Shown one piece after another: positions 61,301 through 64,000 of a DNA stretch of 64,000 nucleotides. Where the stretch lies: contig CATNEN010000038.1 in NCBI GenBank assembly GCA_950097015.1, positions 29,574,001 to 29,638,000 on the forward strand, read 5' to 3'. How positions within the stretch are numbered: position 1 is the first letter of the stretch; each line of letters begins with the position of its first letter. The stretch is from Macrostomum hystrix (lineage: Eukaryota > Animalia > Platyhelminthes). The notes under the pieces are model-generated. The model was not told the DNA's origin, made no database searches, and worked only from the letters and a program-made list of their open reading frames with translations. A program made the position numbers and the translations under genes.

Positions 61301-62890
61301 GTTGGCCCTCAAGGGCGTAAATTGCACGACAAGCCCCCCAAGCCTTCTCTCCACGGCTAGGCCCCAAGAAATATGGTCTCGCTGCGGAATCGATTTGAGG
61401 ACCTTGATTCGATAGACCGCTCTGCCACTCACCAACTTTTTTGTTTCTCCAAGTTGAAATTCGAGCTCCCGAATTACCAGTCAGAAGTGCAAATCTCTAA
61501 AGTTCCTTGAAAGATCAGTAATTTGCTCTACAAATATGTTTTCAACATAAAATCGTTCAGGACCTGCCCTACCTAATTGTGCGCCTGTTCATGATGATTA
61601 ACTACGACACGACTAGCTACACGAACATTTTCTTCACGCTAAAGAACACCTTGGTGTGCACGCTGCTGACGTACCGCCTCGTTGTGGTTTATTGGGAGCG
61701 CTTCCGGCGCATCCGTCGCGCTCGCAAGGAGCTGCGGGAGGCCGGACCGCACGTGCTACTGTCCGACGACTCGGATCGCGAGGAGGGCGGCTTTGGTGCC
61801 AGCGGCAGCGGCGGCGGCGGCGGCGGCGGAGGTATCGACGTCGATGACGAAGGCATCTGGGAACTGACCGGACCGCGACGAATCGGCGAGTCAACCGGAG
61901 GCAGCCTTTCGGAGAAGTCGGAGCCGACCGGTGCCTCGGCGATGCCGTCGCTGCCAGCCAACCGGAAGTCGTCCACCAGCCTGAAGACGTTGCAGTCGAA
62001 CGGTTCGGAGACTGGCACGGCTAGTACAGTCGTCAAGTTCTGCGTCAAGGAGAAGTACTCGACTGGTGAGTAAAACTTTGGCTTATAGTTTTAAATAGTA
62101 AAGAGTAATCAAGTCTGCAAATGGACAGTGGCAAAGTGGAGACAATGAGAATCTTTGAAAAGAAACGATCAAAGCCAGGCAAAACGATAAAGCTTATAGT
62201 TTTTTTCCTGCGCCAACCAGACAGATCGAACTGTCGTTTCGATCGGCACGCAGTTGTCATAAGATTGTTTTCTTTATCCTATTCATGTAATTGTCATATT
62301 TATCCCTCTCTGCATGCATCTAGGTCAGATAGGGGGTCTAGGCAGATTGGTTTAACACGTTTGCCTCTCGCCCCAAGGTCTCTAAGCTCGATTCCGCGGC
62401 GAGGCCACATTTATTTGGGTCGCAGTCGCTGAGAGAAGGCTTTGGGGGCTTGTCGAGCAATCTGCGCCCTTGAGGGCCAACCTGTACACACCTGTGCGAG
62501 TGTTAACCTGGGTACAGTATCTGTGTGCTCAGGAGTCAGCGAAACGGCAGTATTGCCTCCTCGCTGGCTCCGGGTCTAGTGCCACCAAATTATGTGCCAT
62601 TGCCAGCAGGCCTCCTGCAATTATTATTATTATTATTATTATGCATCTAGTACTGCATTGATAACCTACCGTCTGCAGGTGTGCCGGCGCGCTATCGCAA
62701 GGTAAGCGAAGGTCCGCCATTTGTCATCAAGTCACGCAGCCTCGACAGGCGCCGCTGCCTGACCAAAGCCACTAGTCTGCAGGCCACTGACGAAGAGGAA
62801 GTAGCCGCGGCATCCCGGCAGCTGCAGCTGCAGGAAATGGGCCGACAGAACTCCGTACCCATCCCGCTGGCCGATCAAAGCGACCTATGA
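55396..62890 (+). CDS. TMEM26: TMEM26-like multipass membrane protein; exons 55396-55586, 58042-58243, 59593-60042, 61561-62065, 62679-62890
   Basis: [77 protein letters not shown]; phases consistent. Confidence 0.87.
60261..61036 (+). mobile_element. Non-autonomous PIF/Harbinger element carrying a Myb/SANT coding fragment (~60579-60830)
   Basis: TIRs GGGGAGGTTTCTCGAAA / TTTCGGGAAACCACCCC; 3-bp CTG TSD; RAPNFSTAEKEELL..WDAIAERVNA..RTGDECRKKWCDLK. Confidence 0.87.
61070..61280. mobile_element. Probable solo LTR (211 bp)
   Basis: TGTT...AACA termini inserted into the SINE; flanks ACTAT/CCTCT are each one mismatch from the SINE's ACTCT. Confidence 0.55.
62338..62641 (+). mobile_element. SINE family A copy
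   Basis: TTAACACGTTTGCCTCTCG head, CTCGATTCC B box, (ATT)n tail. Confidence 0.8.
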
Positions 62891-63216
62891 GCTACGACAG
62901 TCTGACCAGATGAGCTTGAGTACCTTGAAAAGTTGCGTAATCAAGTTAAGCGTTGCACTAATTTGATGGCGTTAATTTGTCTGACTTTGACGGCCTGACC
63001 TGGGAAAATGCTCCCGATCAGCATCAACATCTAGTCTTGAAAGTTTTCATTTTTGTGTACAAATCAGACAAGAGAATTACGCTTTAGAGCAAGGTATGCT
63101 GATTGCAGAATCCAATATCCTAAATTGATTTCTATAGATTAATTGTATTATTTACGTTTAAACTAACTGAAACACGGCTTTTTAATTTAAGGTCAGATGT
63201 TAAATGCTCTACGTGT

Positions 63217-63895
63217 TAGGACCACCTGTCAGTACTACGTAAGAACATAGGACCACCTGTGATTACTACCTAGGACCACCTGTGATTACTACCTAGGACC
63301 ACCTGTGATTACTAGCTAGGACCACCTGTGATTACTAGCTAGGACCACCTGTGATTACTAGCTAGGACCACCTGTGATTACTACCTAGGACATAGGACCA
63401 CCTGTGATTGCTACCTAAGCACATAGGACCACCTGTGATTAATACCTTAATTGGACCTAGGACCACCTGTGATTAATACCTTGGACCTAGGACCACCTGT
63501 GATTAATACCTTGGACCTAGGACCACCTGTGATTAATACCTTGGACCTAGGACCACCTGTGATTAATACCCTGGACCTAGGACCACCTGTGATTAATACC
63601 TTGGACCTAGGACCACCTGTGATTAATACCTTGGACCTAGGACCACCTGTGATTAATACCTTGGACCTAGGACCACCTGTGATTAATACCTTGGACCTAG
63701 GACCACCTGTGATTAATACCTTGGACCTAGGACCACCTGTGATTAATACCTTGGACCTAGGACCACCTGTGATTAATACCTTGGACCTAGGACCACCTGT
63801 GATTAATACCTTGGACCTAGGACCACCTGTGATTAATACCTTGGACCTAGGACCACCTGTGATTAATACCTTGGACCTAGGACCACCTGTGATTG
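63217..63895. repeat. 23-24-bp units grading into a homogeneous 30-bp minisatellite
   Basis: AGGACCACCTGTGATT core; about 15 copies of GGACCTAGGACCACCTGTGATTAATACCTT. Confidence 0.96.
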
Positions 63896-64000
63896 ATCGA
63901 TCCCAGTACAATTATCAATGCTTCTTAACTGGTATCTATGTACTGTTAATACCGTTGATGCTACAAATTTCTCACCTAAAACGCTTAGGTGATAGTCTAA

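Larger units (their letters stand above)
60150..61430 (-). mobile_element. SINE family A copy interrupted by two nested insertions
   Basis: SINE body resumes at 61040 and 61281 after the insertions. Confidence 0.78.

Overview
Eukaryotic (metazoan) genomic DNA with spliceosomal introns, many of them filled with private minisatellites. The overall style suggests a free-living flatworm such as Macrostomum; this is an inference, not proven. Host genes: RPLP0, an ATG-less MsrB ORF, a 9-exon BMAL1/CYCLE-type bHLH-PAS gene, a divergent CK1-family kinase, TM9SF2, two tandem bestrophins and a TMEM26-like gene. Mobile DNA: a 177-bp satellite in head-to-head arrays around a truncated LTR/gag element, a decayed Sola2-type transposase, a Penelope fragment with a broken hammerhead, an intact-looking Tc1, a Harbinger derivative, several MITEs, two SINE families and a LINE tail. 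Best leads: (1) a BMAL1 intron bracketed by two different but complementary minisatellite arrays that could zip its splice sites together, (2) a candidate RPLP0-MsrB operon in which a spliced leader supplies the start codon, (3) gene-converted bestrophins with an altered Ca2+ clasp. Exon boundaries were read by eye.
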